Assembly: GCA_041659065.1 (NCBI GenBank)
Contig: JBAZYY010000001.1
Span: forward strand, 163,124 to 227,123
Source: Parcubacteria group bacterium
Lineage (GTDB): Bacteria; Patescibacteriota; Minisyncoccia; Moranbacterales; UBA11712
DNA: 64,000 nucleotides
Direction: 5' to 3'
Positions within the stretch are counted from its first letter, which is position 1. Every line of letters starts with the position of its first letter. Both the position numbers and the translations under genes were made by a program. Below, in pieces: positions 28,042 through 36,573 of this stretch. The notes beneath the pieces were generated by a model. That model worked only from the letters and a program-made list of their open reading frames with translations, did no database searches and had not been told where the DNA came from.

Positions 28042-28965
28042 TTGAAATTTGGATTTTATAAGTACGTGATTATTAAAAATAAATTATTGACCGTATCTGA
28101 AATTTTAAAAGTTACTCAAAAAGAATATAAACTATCTCCCTTCGATGCGGAGATTCTTTTATCTTACGCACTTGAAAAACCGCGCGAATATTTGTTCGCG
28201 CATCCGGAAAAAAAGCTGGCACAAAAACAAATCACTAGATTTAATAAATTAGCTAGGCGGAGAAGCAAAAATGAGCCCATTGCTTATATTCTCAAACAAA
28301 AGGAATTTTACGGCCTTGATTTTTTTGTTGACAAACAAGTTTTGGTCCCGCGTCCGGAAACGGAAATACTTGTCGAAGCTGCGCTTCGCCGAATTATGAA
28401 TTATGAATTAGGAATTAGGAATTTTATTGACTTGGGTACGGGCAGCGGGAATATAATTATTTCAGTTTTGAAAAATATGCCTGCTAACCTTAGAAGTAAA
28501 ATAAATTTTTATGCTTCGGATATTTCAGGGAAGGCTTTAAACGTCACGAAAAGAAATATAAAAAAATATAAAATGGAAAAAATAATAAATTTGAAAAAAT
28601 CGGATCTATTGGACTTTGTTTTGGAAAATAATTTATCTTTAGCGGGAAACACTATCATAACGGCCAATCTCCCCTATCTTGATGGCAAATGGAGAAATCT
28701 CCTTGAAAGCAGTGATAGCAAAGACCTTGAATCTGAGCCTAAAATCGCTCTAGAGGGCGGTTGTGACGGTCTGGCCGTGTATAGGGAGCTGGCCAAGCAA
28801 GTCAGGCGCTTAAGGGCGCAAAACACCGGCAGCCGAATGTCAATTTTGTGCGAAATAGGGCACTCACAAAAAAGCGGAATAAAAAGTATTTTTTCTTTTG
28901 TTGAAAAGATTAAATTTCATAAAGATCTTGCCGGAAGAAACAGAATAGCTGAGATTATCTTATAA
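28042..28965 (+). CDS. prmC: Release factor glutamine methyltransferase (true start probably slightly downstream)
   Basis: EPIAYI, VLVPRPETE, DLGTGSG, ANLPY; follows prfA. Confidence 0.92.
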   Translation: MKFGFYKYVIIKNKLLTVSEILKVTQKEYKLSPFDAEILLSYALEKPREYLFAHPEKKLAQKQITRFNKLARRRSKNEPIAYILKQKEFYGLDFFVDKQVLVPRPETEILVEAALRRIMNYELGIRNFIDLGTGSGNIIISVLKNMPANLRSKINFYASDISGKALNVTKRNIKKYKMEKIINLKKSDLLDFVLENNLSLAGNTIITANLPYLDGKWRNLLESSDSKDLESEPKIALEGGCDGLAVYRELAKQVRRLRAQNTGSRMSILCEIGHSQKSGIKSIFSFVEKIKFHKDLAGRNRIAEIIL

Positions 28966-28967
28966 AC

Positions 28968-28997
28968 AAACCCGCCCAAGTTTTTGGTGGGCGGGTT
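28968..28997. terminator. Hairpin terminator between convergent genes
   Basis: aacccgccca/tgggcgggtt stem. Confidence 0.65.
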
Positions 28998-29025
28998 ACA
29001 TTTCAAAAAGAAAACTTATTTCAAA

Positions 29026-29100
29026 CTATTTCTTCTTCTTTTTCTTTGCTACTTTTTTCTTAGCTGTTTTCTTTTTTGCTGCTTTCTTTTTCTTTGCCAT
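29026..29100 (-). CDS. 24-aa Lys/Ala-rich microprotein
   Basis: MAKKKKAAKKKTAKKKVAKKKKKK with strong GGGAGGTGA Shine-Dalgarno. Confidence 0.7.
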   Translation of the reverse strand: MAKKKKAAKKKTAKKKVAKKKKKK

Positions 29101-29253
29101 TTTTATTTTCACCTCCCTTCGTTATTAGTTTAATTTCTAAAAAATTTTTTGTTTTTTAGATTTGCTTTAATTATAAATAAATTATTTTGCAAATGCAATA
29201 CAAGAAAGTTATCCACAGGTCAAATTTTTCAAAAAATTAATTTATTTTCTACG

Positions 29254-30720
29254 CTAGCCTCCAAAAAATCCTGTCTTTTTTGGAAACTCGAAAAAATATA
29301 ATTTATTTTCTCCATTCATTTCATTCAGAAAATAAAATATTCCATTCCCTGCGTCATAACTTCCCAAAAAATTTTCCGGATTGCTTCCGATAAAGCTGGA
29401 TGACAGCCTCCTGTCTCTTCCGTCAAGCTCAATGATGTTCAGTTTACCCTGATTGCTGAAAAAAATATGCTCATAATCCTTGTACCAGGCTACGTTGTAG
29501 ACAGGAGAAGATAATCTCGCAATTTGCTGTATCTCGCCTTCTTCTCGTCTGGGCTGCACATCCCAGGCGCGGAGATACAGCACATTGATTTCATTCTTAT
29601 TCCAGAAAAGCATTTTTTTTCCATCATCTGAGAATTGGATGCCTTCGCAATCATCCATCAGGGATTTTATACTGTCTTCCTTTCCGTTATTTCGCAGATA
29701 CAGTTTTCCGTCAGTTGAAATTAAGGCAAGACGGTCATCATCATAGACAATCAATCTTGCGTCATCGCCTATCTCATTACTTGTAAAAGGAGACGGCAAT
29801 ATTTGCGATTCATTTTTTCCCAAAAGATCCGTCTTAAAAACAACATTATTGTTTTTAAGAATATAAACCGAACGCGACGAAAGGTCATAGGTATAAATAT
29901 CATCCGCAATTGTCAGCAACTCCCTGCTTCCGACATCAAGCTGGTTGAGATTTTTTTTATGCTCTCCATCCCTGAGAGTGATAAAATACAGCAGATTTTC
30001 ATTGCTCGGACTCCATCGTGCTTTAAGCGGGACTTCATCTTGGGGCAAAAAAGATGAAACAAATACCGGCTCAAAATCTTTGTTGTCAGTTGATAAGATG
30101 AGGTATTCTTTTTTTCCTCCCTTCAGAATCGGGCAAGCAACAAGGTCTTCTTTAAAATTCCATTCGATATTCTCCCTCGAATCGTCCGTAAAAGAAACAT
30201 CACGGCCCGAATACAGCATGGTATTTTGCGAATTTTTGAGGTCGTTAACCCAGAGCTGAAACTCGTCATCCTTGTTCACGACATAAGCTATCTTCTTTCC
30301 GAAGGGCGAAGGAAAATAGCGCATCGGATTAGACGCATTTATCTCTTTTATCTCCGGGTCATTTGGAATCAAAACCACATTCCAAAATTCCGTCGAAACG
30401 CCGCTGTGCACATCTATTGTCTTTGACCAATCCTTATAGCCCGCGAGGCTAACCCTAATTCTGTAGTTTCCAGGCCTAAGGCCGTTAATAGTCACCGAAT
30501 TATTGATAATATCCAAAGCTCCGGTTTGCTGCTGAACATCATCCAGAAAAATAGCTGCATTCGCTGGTGTAGCTTTTATGGTTATTGAGCCACTGTGAAT
30601 AAAAACCCCCTTCTTGTTATCAAACCTATAGCCCTGGGAATACAAAATTATGTAAGACGCCGTAACAAGAAAAAGGAGGGCAAAAATCCAAAATAATATT
30701 TTTCTTACAGATTTACTCAT
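29254..30720 (-). CDS. PEGA domain protein with beta-propeller-like C-terminus
   Basis: N-terminal TM, YSQGYRFD, GSITIKATPANA, LRPGNYRIRVSLAGYKDW; SPFGKKIAY and FSDDGKK repeats. Confidence 0.8.
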   Translation of the reverse strand: MSKSVRKILFWIFALLFLVTASYIILYSQGYRFDNKKGVFIHSGSITIKATPANAAIFLDDVQQQTGALDIINNSVTINGLRPGNYRIRVSLAGYKDWSKTIDVHSGVSTEFWNVVLIPNDPEIKEINASNPMRYFPSPFGKKIAYVVNKDDEFQLWVNDLKNSQNTMLYSGRDVSFTDDSRENIEWNFKEDLVACPILKGGKKEYLILSTDNKDFEPVFVSSFLPQDEVPLKARWSPSNENLLYFITLRDGEHKKNLNQLDVGSRELLTIADDIYTYDLSSRSVYILKNNNVVFKTDLLGKNESQILPSPFTSNEIGDDARLIVYDDDRLALISTDGKLYLRNNGKEDSIKSLMDDCEGIQFSDDGKKMLFWNKNEINVLYLRAWDVQPRREEGEIQQIARLSSPVYNVAWYKDYEHIFFSNQGKLNIIELDGRDRRLSSSFIGSNPENFLGSYDAGNGIFYFLNEMNGENKLYFFEFPKKTGFFGG

Positions 30721-30936
30721 TTGGGTAATAATTCAAATAAAGTTGCTATAAAGTAATATATGCTTTCTGGCAGACTTTGTGAAGTGCGCGTTAATTATTT
30801 GTTCATAAAAGGCTGGCAGCAAAATCATACTTTGCAAATTGCCAAAAAACCGGCTTTGCCGGCTTTCTGGTATATCTCTAAATATAAACTCTATAGAAAG
30901 GAACAATTTTCTTATTTGATTCCAAAAAAATTAATT

Positions 30937-31653
30937 TCAGCTCAATCCAGGAACTTTATCCGCGAATTTCTTGAGATTCTTCAATTGATTTTCATTCAAG
31001 ATCTTGGATTTCTGGATAGCGTTATTCACCATGTCCTTGCTAAATTCCCTAGTGTCTCCGATTTTTAGTCTTCCGTCCGGAACTTGCCTTCTGAGGTAGT
31101 CCTCAATGTATATCTTATGTTCCACAGTCAAAGACGCGTCCGGATTTTTCTCGAGATAATTCGCAAGGGCTCGTCTGGCGAGATTCGTCGAACCATCCCC
31201 TTTCACCGCAGTTTCAACAAATGAAGCCTCGGTTTCTTTGGATGTTTCAGCCGGAGTCTCGCTAACACTTGGAGTTTCTGCTTGAACTTGCTGATTCTCT
31301 GAAGGTGCAGGAGCAGCTGCATTTTCTTCACTGTTAGCTGCTTCGTTCTGTGAATCCCCGCCAATTACGCTGATTTTGCCTTCTCCCTCCTGGTTTTGGG
31401 CAACCTCTTGCTTTTCATTTACTGAGACGGGGTTCTGGGTTCGTTTGGAATAAGAGTAGATGCCACCAGCAATTATAACCACAATCAGAACGCTGATAAT
31501 CATCCTCAAATTCTCTTGAAGCCAAACTTTCATGTTTTCCCTCCCATTCTCTGAAGCCTCGTTCTTGTCTTCAGAGTCAACGGGATTTTTTTCCACTTTA
31601 ACACCTGCCTTTCTAGTTTGCCCGGTTAAACACCGATAAATCGGAATTCCCAT
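30937..31653 (-). CDS. Membrane-anchored hypothetical protein (true start probably GTG near 31596)
   Basis: Single TM, low-complexity linker, globular C-terminus (EHKIYIEDYL). Confidence 0.7.
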   Translation of the reverse strand: MGIPIYRCLTGQTRKAGVKVEKNPVDSEDKNEASENGRENMKVWLQENLRMIISVLIVVIIAGGIYSYSKRTQNPVSVNEKQEVAQNQEGEGKISVIGGDSQNEAANSEENAAAPAPSENQQVQAETPSVSETPAETSKETEASFVETAVKGDGSTNLARRALANYLEKNPDASLTVEHKIYIEDYLRRQVPDGRLKIGDTREFSKDMVNNAIQKSKILNENQLKNLKKFADKVPGLS

Positions 31654-31790
31654 GAAGTGGGAAATATTTAACGGGTGGAATTATTAATGATCTTAAACTG
31701 ATATTTCTCGTCGCAACAATGTCAGGATTTATTGAAATATATCAGATTTAATTTAATTTTGTCAAAATTAAGCGGCATACAGCCCAGAAG

Positions 31791-32285
31791 CTAACGCTTC
31801 TGCCATTGAGGGGCGCGGCGGGCTTTTTTGAGGCCTGGTTTTTTGCGCTCCACGATTCGCGCGTCCCGCGTCAGATATCCCTTATCCCTCAGGGGCTTTC
31901 TAAATTCTTCATTAAATTTTACCAATGCTCTGGCAATTCCTAATCTGCTCGCTTCAGCCTGGCCTCTGACTCCGCCCCCTCTAGTTCTTATGGAAACGGC
32001 GAAGTTTTCTTTGATACTTGCAACCTGGATTGGATCTACGACTATATTTCTTAACTCATCCGAAGGTAAATATTTTTTATAGTCAATGCCATTCATAACA
32101 ACCTCTCCGGTATTTTGGTCCGAGGCTGTTTTTTGCAAAAAGCTAAACCGTACTTCAGCGATAGATTCTTTTCTTCGTCCGATCCCTCTGAAGTATTTTT
32201 TACTCTTTGAAACTGCTTTGGCAGGCACTGGCTTTACGGCATCATCCTTCGCCTGACTTGCTTTTTTAGTGATTTTAACTGGCAT
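31791..32285 (-). CDS. rpsI: 30S ribosomal protein S9
   Basis: GRRKES, GGGVRGQA, LTRDARIVERKKPGLKKARRAPQWQKR. Confidence 0.97.
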   Translation of the reverse strand: MPVKITKKASQAKDDAVKPVPAKAVSKSKKYFRGIGRRKESIAEVRFSFLQKTASDQNTGEVVMNGIDYKKYLPSDELRNIVVDPIQVASIKENFAVSIRTRGGGVRGQAEASRLGIARALVKFNEEFRKPLRDKGYLTRDARIVERKKPGLKKARRAPQWQKR

Positions 32286-32289
32286 AAAG

Positions 32290-32733
32290 TTACGGTTTTA
32301 TTTGCTTTAATTCCTGCTTAAATCCATGCTTTTCGTCCTTAAATATCAACAATCTCTTCATCCGCTCGCTCCTCAATTTATTTTTTGGAAGCATGCCGTA
32401 AACCGCCCAGGATATGACCTTCTCCGGATCTTTTTCGAGATATTCACCCAATTTTTTAGCTCTTATTCCTCCCGGATAACCCGAAAAAGAGTAATATACC
32501 TTGCTCAGCGTTTTATTTGCGGATGTCCTAAGGGCATTCGCGTTAATGATGACAGCAAAATCTCCCCCGTCAAAATTTGGCCTGAAATCCGCCTTGTGTT
32601 TGCCTTGCAGTATAAAGGAGGCTTTCGTGCCGATCCGCCCCAAATTAGCGTCTTTGCAGTCAAAAAGATAGTAATCTCTGGTTATTTTATTGTTCTTTGG
32701 AGTTTTTTCTGGCATTGCTGCTCTCTTAGTCAA
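32290..32733 (-). CDS. rplM: 50S ribosomal protein L13
   Basis: LGRI, GKHK, GDFAVIINA, SGYPGG, AVYGMLPKN. Confidence 0.95.
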   Translation of the reverse strand: MTKRAAMPEKTPKNNKITRDYYLFDCKDANLGRIGTKASFILQGKHKADFRPNFDGGDFAVIINANALRTSANKTLSKVYYSFSGYPGGIRAKKLGEYLEKDPEKVISWAVYGMLPKNKLRSERMKRLLIFKDEKHGFKQELKQIKP

Positions 32734-33097
32734 TAAATTCTAAAATTGCTTTTTCGGCCGAATCTGATTTCCTTCGACCCGACCTTACAAGCCGGGTAAA
32801 GCCGCTGTTTCTTTTCGCAAATCTTTGTGAAATTTTCTTTAAATCCGCAGGGGTAATATTTTTTGACAGCACAGTTTTCAAGATCCTTATCTTCGCGATA
32901 TCCATGCTTTCTTCCGATGCGTAAGCTTTTTTTATCTTCGATACTGTCGCTTCAGCTTCTTTTTTCAGCTCTTTGGCTTTTGCCAAGGTCGTATTTATTT
33001 TTCCTCTTTGAATAAGCTGAGACAGCAAGCCATTCATCAAAGCTTTTCTTTGTTTCGCTGTACGGCTAAATTTTCTTCCTACCTGTAAGTGCTTCAT
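32726..33097 (-). CDS. rplQ: 50S ribosomal protein L17
   Basis: MKHLQVGRKFSR, INTTLAKAKEL, RNSGFTR. Confidence 0.93.
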   Translation of the reverse strand: MKHLQVGRKFSRTAKQRKALMNGLLSQLIQRGKINTTLAKAKELKKEAEATVSKIKKAYASEESMDIAKIRILKTVLSKNITPADLKKISQRFAKRNSGFTRLVRSGRRKSDSAEKAILEFID

Positions 33098-33100
33098 TTG

Positions 33101-34072
33101 TTATTTTAGGGTAAGCCCGAAATTACCGACTGCTTTTTTGATTTCCTTGATTCCTTTCTCGCCCATGCCTTCCAGCCCATTTAGTTCTTCTTCCGTAAAC
33201 TTAATAAGATCTCCAATGGTTTTTATTTCATTCTTCTCGAGTACATTCATGGTTCTTGTCGAGAAAGACAACGTCTCCGTTCCGATACTCTTAGCATCCT
33301 GCTTGGGCTCAGCTTCATTCGCGCCAAGCATATTTTCATCTGGCTGAACTGCTACTTCCTTAGCGGCGGGTTCTTCCAGCTTCTCATCATTGAATTCCGC
33401 CAAGGCTTTGTACTGAGCTATAACAGTTCCCACGGCTTCCGTAAAAGCTTCTTGCGGAGACATGCTGCCATCTGTTTCCACTTCCAAGGTAATTTTATCG
33501 TAGTCGGTTCTTTTTCCAACTCTGGTATTTTCAATGGAATAATTTACTCTTTTGATTGGCGTGTATATAGCATCAATTGCTATCAGGCCAATTTCTTTTT
33601 TTTCCCTTAGCTGCTGCTCTACTGGAACATAACCCAATCCTTTTTGAATTTCGATTTCCATGTCCAACTCACCCTTTTTATCAGTAATCTTCGCAATGTG
33701 CGCGTCTTTATTTACCACTTCAACATCCGCCGGACATTGTATTTGAGCCGCGGTAATAGTTTTGACGCCGATTTCCTTAAGCGTCAGTCTTATCGGGCCG
33801 TCTTGATGCGATTTAAATCTGACTTTCTTCAGATTTAAAATTATTTGTATAACATCTTCAAGAACACCCGGAACGGTTGAAAATTCATGAGTGACTCCCT
33901 TGATTTTTATGGCAGTTACGGCTGATCCCTTCAAGGAAGAGAGCAAGACTCTCCTAAGGCTGTTAGCAAGAGTAGTGCCGTAGCCCGGATAGCAGCCATC
34001 TATTTCAATTTTCCCCGTATTGTCGTTTAGCGCGACATAGGTGGGATTTTTGGGTAAAGTTACCTCCAACAT
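33101..34072 (-). CDS. rpoA: RNA polymerase alpha subunit
   Basis: GYGTTLANSLRRVLLSS, HEFSTVPGVLEDV; start placed at MLEVTLPK. Confidence 0.97.
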   Translation of the reverse strand: MLEVTLPKNPTYVALNDNTGKIEIDGCYPGYGTTLANSLRRVLLSSLKGSAVTAIKIKGVTHEFSTVPGVLEDVIQIILNLKKVRFKSHQDGPIRLTLKEIGVKTITAAQIQCPADVEVVNKDAHIAKITDKKGELDMEIEIQKGLGYVPVEQQLREKKEIGLIAIDAIYTPIKRVNYSIENTRVGKRTDYDKITLEVETDGSMSPQEAFTEAVGTVIAQYKALAEFNDEKLEEPAAKEVAVQPDENMLGANEAEPKQDAKSIGTETLSFSTRTMNVLEKNEIKTIGDLIKFTEEELNGLEGMGEKGIKEIKKAVGNFGLTLK

Positions 34073-34139
34073 TTTTATTGATCGGGCTAAAGTGCTTCGC
34101 AAAATAGCCTGAATTATATTAATAAATTAAATGCAAAAT

Positions 34140-34778
34140 TTACCTAGAGTAAAACTCGACAATCATTTGAGGATTTACGCTTAGGTTTAGAGAATCTTTG
34201 GTGGGCTTTGCTGTGACTTTTACCGAGAGTTTGTCAGCGTCCATCTGCAGCCAGCTTGGCAAAACTTGATCTTTTTTACTTCGAACCACCTCGGCAAGAT
34301 TCTTAAAAAATGTCTTTTTAAGCTTGCTGTCTTTGATTTCTATAACATCATCCTTTTTTACTATGTATGAAGGAAGATCGACTATTTTGCCATTCACCGT
34401 AAAGTGCGAGTGTTTCACTAATTGACGGGCCTGGCATCTGCTGGAAGCTATCTGGCACCGATAAATAACGTTGTCCAGCCGCATCTCAAGCCTCTGCATA
34501 AGAAGATCTCCCGTGACTCCGGATTTTCCTTTGACTTTTTGGAAATAAATCTTAAGCTGTTTTTCCATCACGCCGTAGATGCGCTTTACTTTTTGTTTGG
34601 TCGCTAATTGCTGGCCAAATTCGCTCAAACCCTTCCTGGAAATGCTTTTATGCACTCCCGGTGGATAAGGCCGTTTTACAATGGCGCATTTAGGCGTCGC
34701 GCAACGGTCACCTTTAAGGAAGAGCTTCTCTCCTGCTCTTCGACATCTCTTACATTTTGCCGTAAAATCTCTAGGCAT
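34140..34778 (-). CDS. rpsD: 30S ribosomal protein S4
   Basis: CKRCRR, LEMRLDNV, ARQLV, IVEFYSR. Confidence 0.97.
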   Translation of the reverse strand: MPRDFTAKCKRCRRAGEKLFLKGDRCATPKCAIVKRPYPPGVHKSISRKGLSEFGQQLATKQKVKRIYGVMEKQLKIYFQKVKGKSGVTGDLLMQRLEMRLDNVIYRCQIASSRCQARQLVKHSHFTVNGKIVDLPSYIVKKDDVIEIKDSKLKKTFFKNLAEVVRSKKDQVLPSWLQMDADKLSVKVTAKPTKDSLNLSVNPQMIVEFYSR

Positions 34779-34805
34779 CTGTCTTTATATCTTAATGCTC
34801 AATTA

Positions 34806-35324
34806 TTATACTCTTCGAGGCTTTTTCGGCCGACACCCATTGTGCGGAATCGGCGTAAGGTCCTTAATCATCACGATATCCAAATTGTTATTCGCGAGCG
34901 CCCTAACTGCTGCTTCACGTCCACTTCCAACTCCCTTCAGGTAAACTTCCACTTCCTGCATACCGAATTTTTGAATTTTATCGATAACGCTTTTTACGAT
35001 TTGAGTGGCCGCGAACGGTGTGGCTTTTTTCGCTCCCTTGAAGCCCAGCGATCCCGCACTGGACCATGCTACGGTCCGACCCTGCGCGTCGCTGACGTTC
35101 ACTATAGTATTGTTGTAAGTGCATTGAATGTGAGCCTGCCCGCGAAGAATCTGGCGCCTAATCTTGCGTTTCTTTTTCTTCGCCGCTGCCTTTTCAGCTG
35201 CCAACTCTTTGCTATTATCTTCCGTATCTTTAACTTCTGGTTTTTTTTCCGCGCTTGCTACAGCTTCTGATTTACTATCAGGTTTTTGCGAATCTTCGTT
35301 ATTTTTTATGTCCTCGTTAGCCAT
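34806..35324 (-). CDS. rpsK: 30S ribosomal protein S11 (N-terminal extension)
   Basis: NNTIV, KKATPFAA, TPIPHNGCRPKKPRRV. Confidence 0.97.
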   Translation of the reverse strand: MANEDIKNNEDSQKPDSKSEAVASAEKKPEVKDTEDNSKELAAEKAAAKKKKRKIRRQILRGQAHIQCTYNNTIVNVSDAQGRTVAWSSAGSLGFKGAKKATPFAATQIVKSVIDKIQKFGMQEVEVYLKGVGSGREAAVRALANNNLDIVMIKDLTPIPHNGCRPKKPRRV

Positions 35325-35388
35325 TTTTACGAAAAATTATTTGAGATTAATAGTCCAAGTTAAATGCAGATTTAGCGCGCCCAGAACA

Positions 35389-35778
35389 TTATGTCTTTTC
35401 AGCAGATGTCTTTCTTCCGCTTCCGGCCGTTTTTCTGACATTTCCTCTTACAGTACGCGTATTCGTTTTCGTTCTCTGCCCGCGAACCGGCAAGCCTCGC
35501 ATATGCCTAATCCCCCTGTAGCATCCGATATCCTTCAATCTTTTGATATTCATCATTTTCTGATGCTTAAGCTCGCCCTCAATCGTAAAGTTCTTTTCAA
35601 TATATTCCTTCAATTTATTGACATCCGCCTCGCTCAATTCGCTGGTCCTCATATCCGGATTGAAACTCAAAGCCGAAAGTATTTGAGCACTCCTGGCGTT
35701 TCCTATTCCATACAGATAGGTTAACGCTATTATTATTCTTTTGTCGTTTGGAATTGTGATTCCTGCGATACGTGCCAT
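35389..35778 (-). CDS. rpsM: 30S ribosomal protein S13
   Basis: MARIAG, YGIG, YRGIRH, LPVRGQRTKTN. Confidence 0.97.
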   Translation of the reverse strand: MARIAGITIPNDKRIIIALTYLYGIGNARSAQILSALSFNPDMRTSELSEADVNKLKEYIEKNFTIEGELKHQKMMNIKRLKDIGCYRGIRHMRGLPVRGQRTKTNTRTVRGNVRKTAGSGRKTSAEKT

Positions 35779-35919
35779 GCTCGTTTCACTCGAGTTAAAA
35801 AGTTAAAAGATGTCATGCCATAGGCAGATCAGCCTTCGGCTGAAAAAGTTTAAAATTAAACTGAAGGGTTGAATTAAATATCAAAACTGTTAATTTTGAA
35901 CTTTTAACTTTAAACTATC

Positions 35920-36033
35920 TTATCCTTGCCTTTGCTTATGTTTTGGGTTAGTGCAAATAACATAAATCTTTCCTTTCCTTCTGATAATTTTGCACTGAAT
36001 ACAAATCTTTTTTACTGATGCTCTTACTTTCAT
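35920..36033 (-). CDS. rpmJ: 50S ribosomal protein L36
   Basis: Manual translation [37 protein letters not shown]. Confidence 0.97.
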   Translation of the reverse strand: MKVRASVKKICIQCKIIRRKGKIYVICTNPKHKQRQG

Positions 36034-36157
36034 TCTATTCTTATCTTAATATTCGCTTATCTAATTAATGAGCCGGCAGATCCAAAAATGCACCTCTAAT
36101 CCTGCCCACGAAAAATTGATAAAATCATTAGCGGGATAAATATTCCAGATTTTAGAT

Positions 36158-36376
36158 TCACATCCGCTGAACTATTCTGCCTTTGGTCAAATCATACGGA
36201 CTCATTTCAACTAGAACTTTATCTCCAGGGAGCAGTCTAATATAGTTGACTCTCATTCTCCCGGATATATGCGCTAGAATTTCATGCCCATTTTCAAGTT
36301 CCACTTTAAAAGTGGTGCTAGGCAGAGTTTCTGTTACTTTGCCTTCCAGTCTTATTATTTCCTTCTCCTTTGCCAT
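36158..36376 (-). CDS. infA: Translation initiation factor IF-1
   Basis: [26 protein letters not shown]. Confidence 0.97.
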   Translation of the reverse strand: MAKEKEIIRLEGKVTETLPSTTFKVELENGHEILAHISGRMRVNYIRLLPGDKVLVEMSPYDLTKGRIVQRM

Positions 36377-36573
36377 TTATAATTTTTTATTGAATACAAA
36401 GCAAAAAAGGGGCTACCGCCGAAAGCCCTAATTATCCAGAAGGCGGCACATCCAAACATTCCAATTTCTTGTAAGGCACTCCTTTTTCAGCTTCATTATT
36501 GCTGAAATTATTTTAGCTGTAATTGAAAATATTGTCAACAGTCCGGGGGTGATTTATCCGCCGAAGGAGGCTC

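Noticed and set aside
34608-35724. Long plus-strand ORFs (220 and 186 aa) and similar shadow ORFs elsewhere
   Set aside because: Antisense to well-supported conserved genes; no recognisable motifs.
36158-36376. Alternative genetic code (TGA recoding)
   Set aside because: Conserved genes such as infA end at TGA at the expected length, and core ORFs are uninterrupted under code 11.
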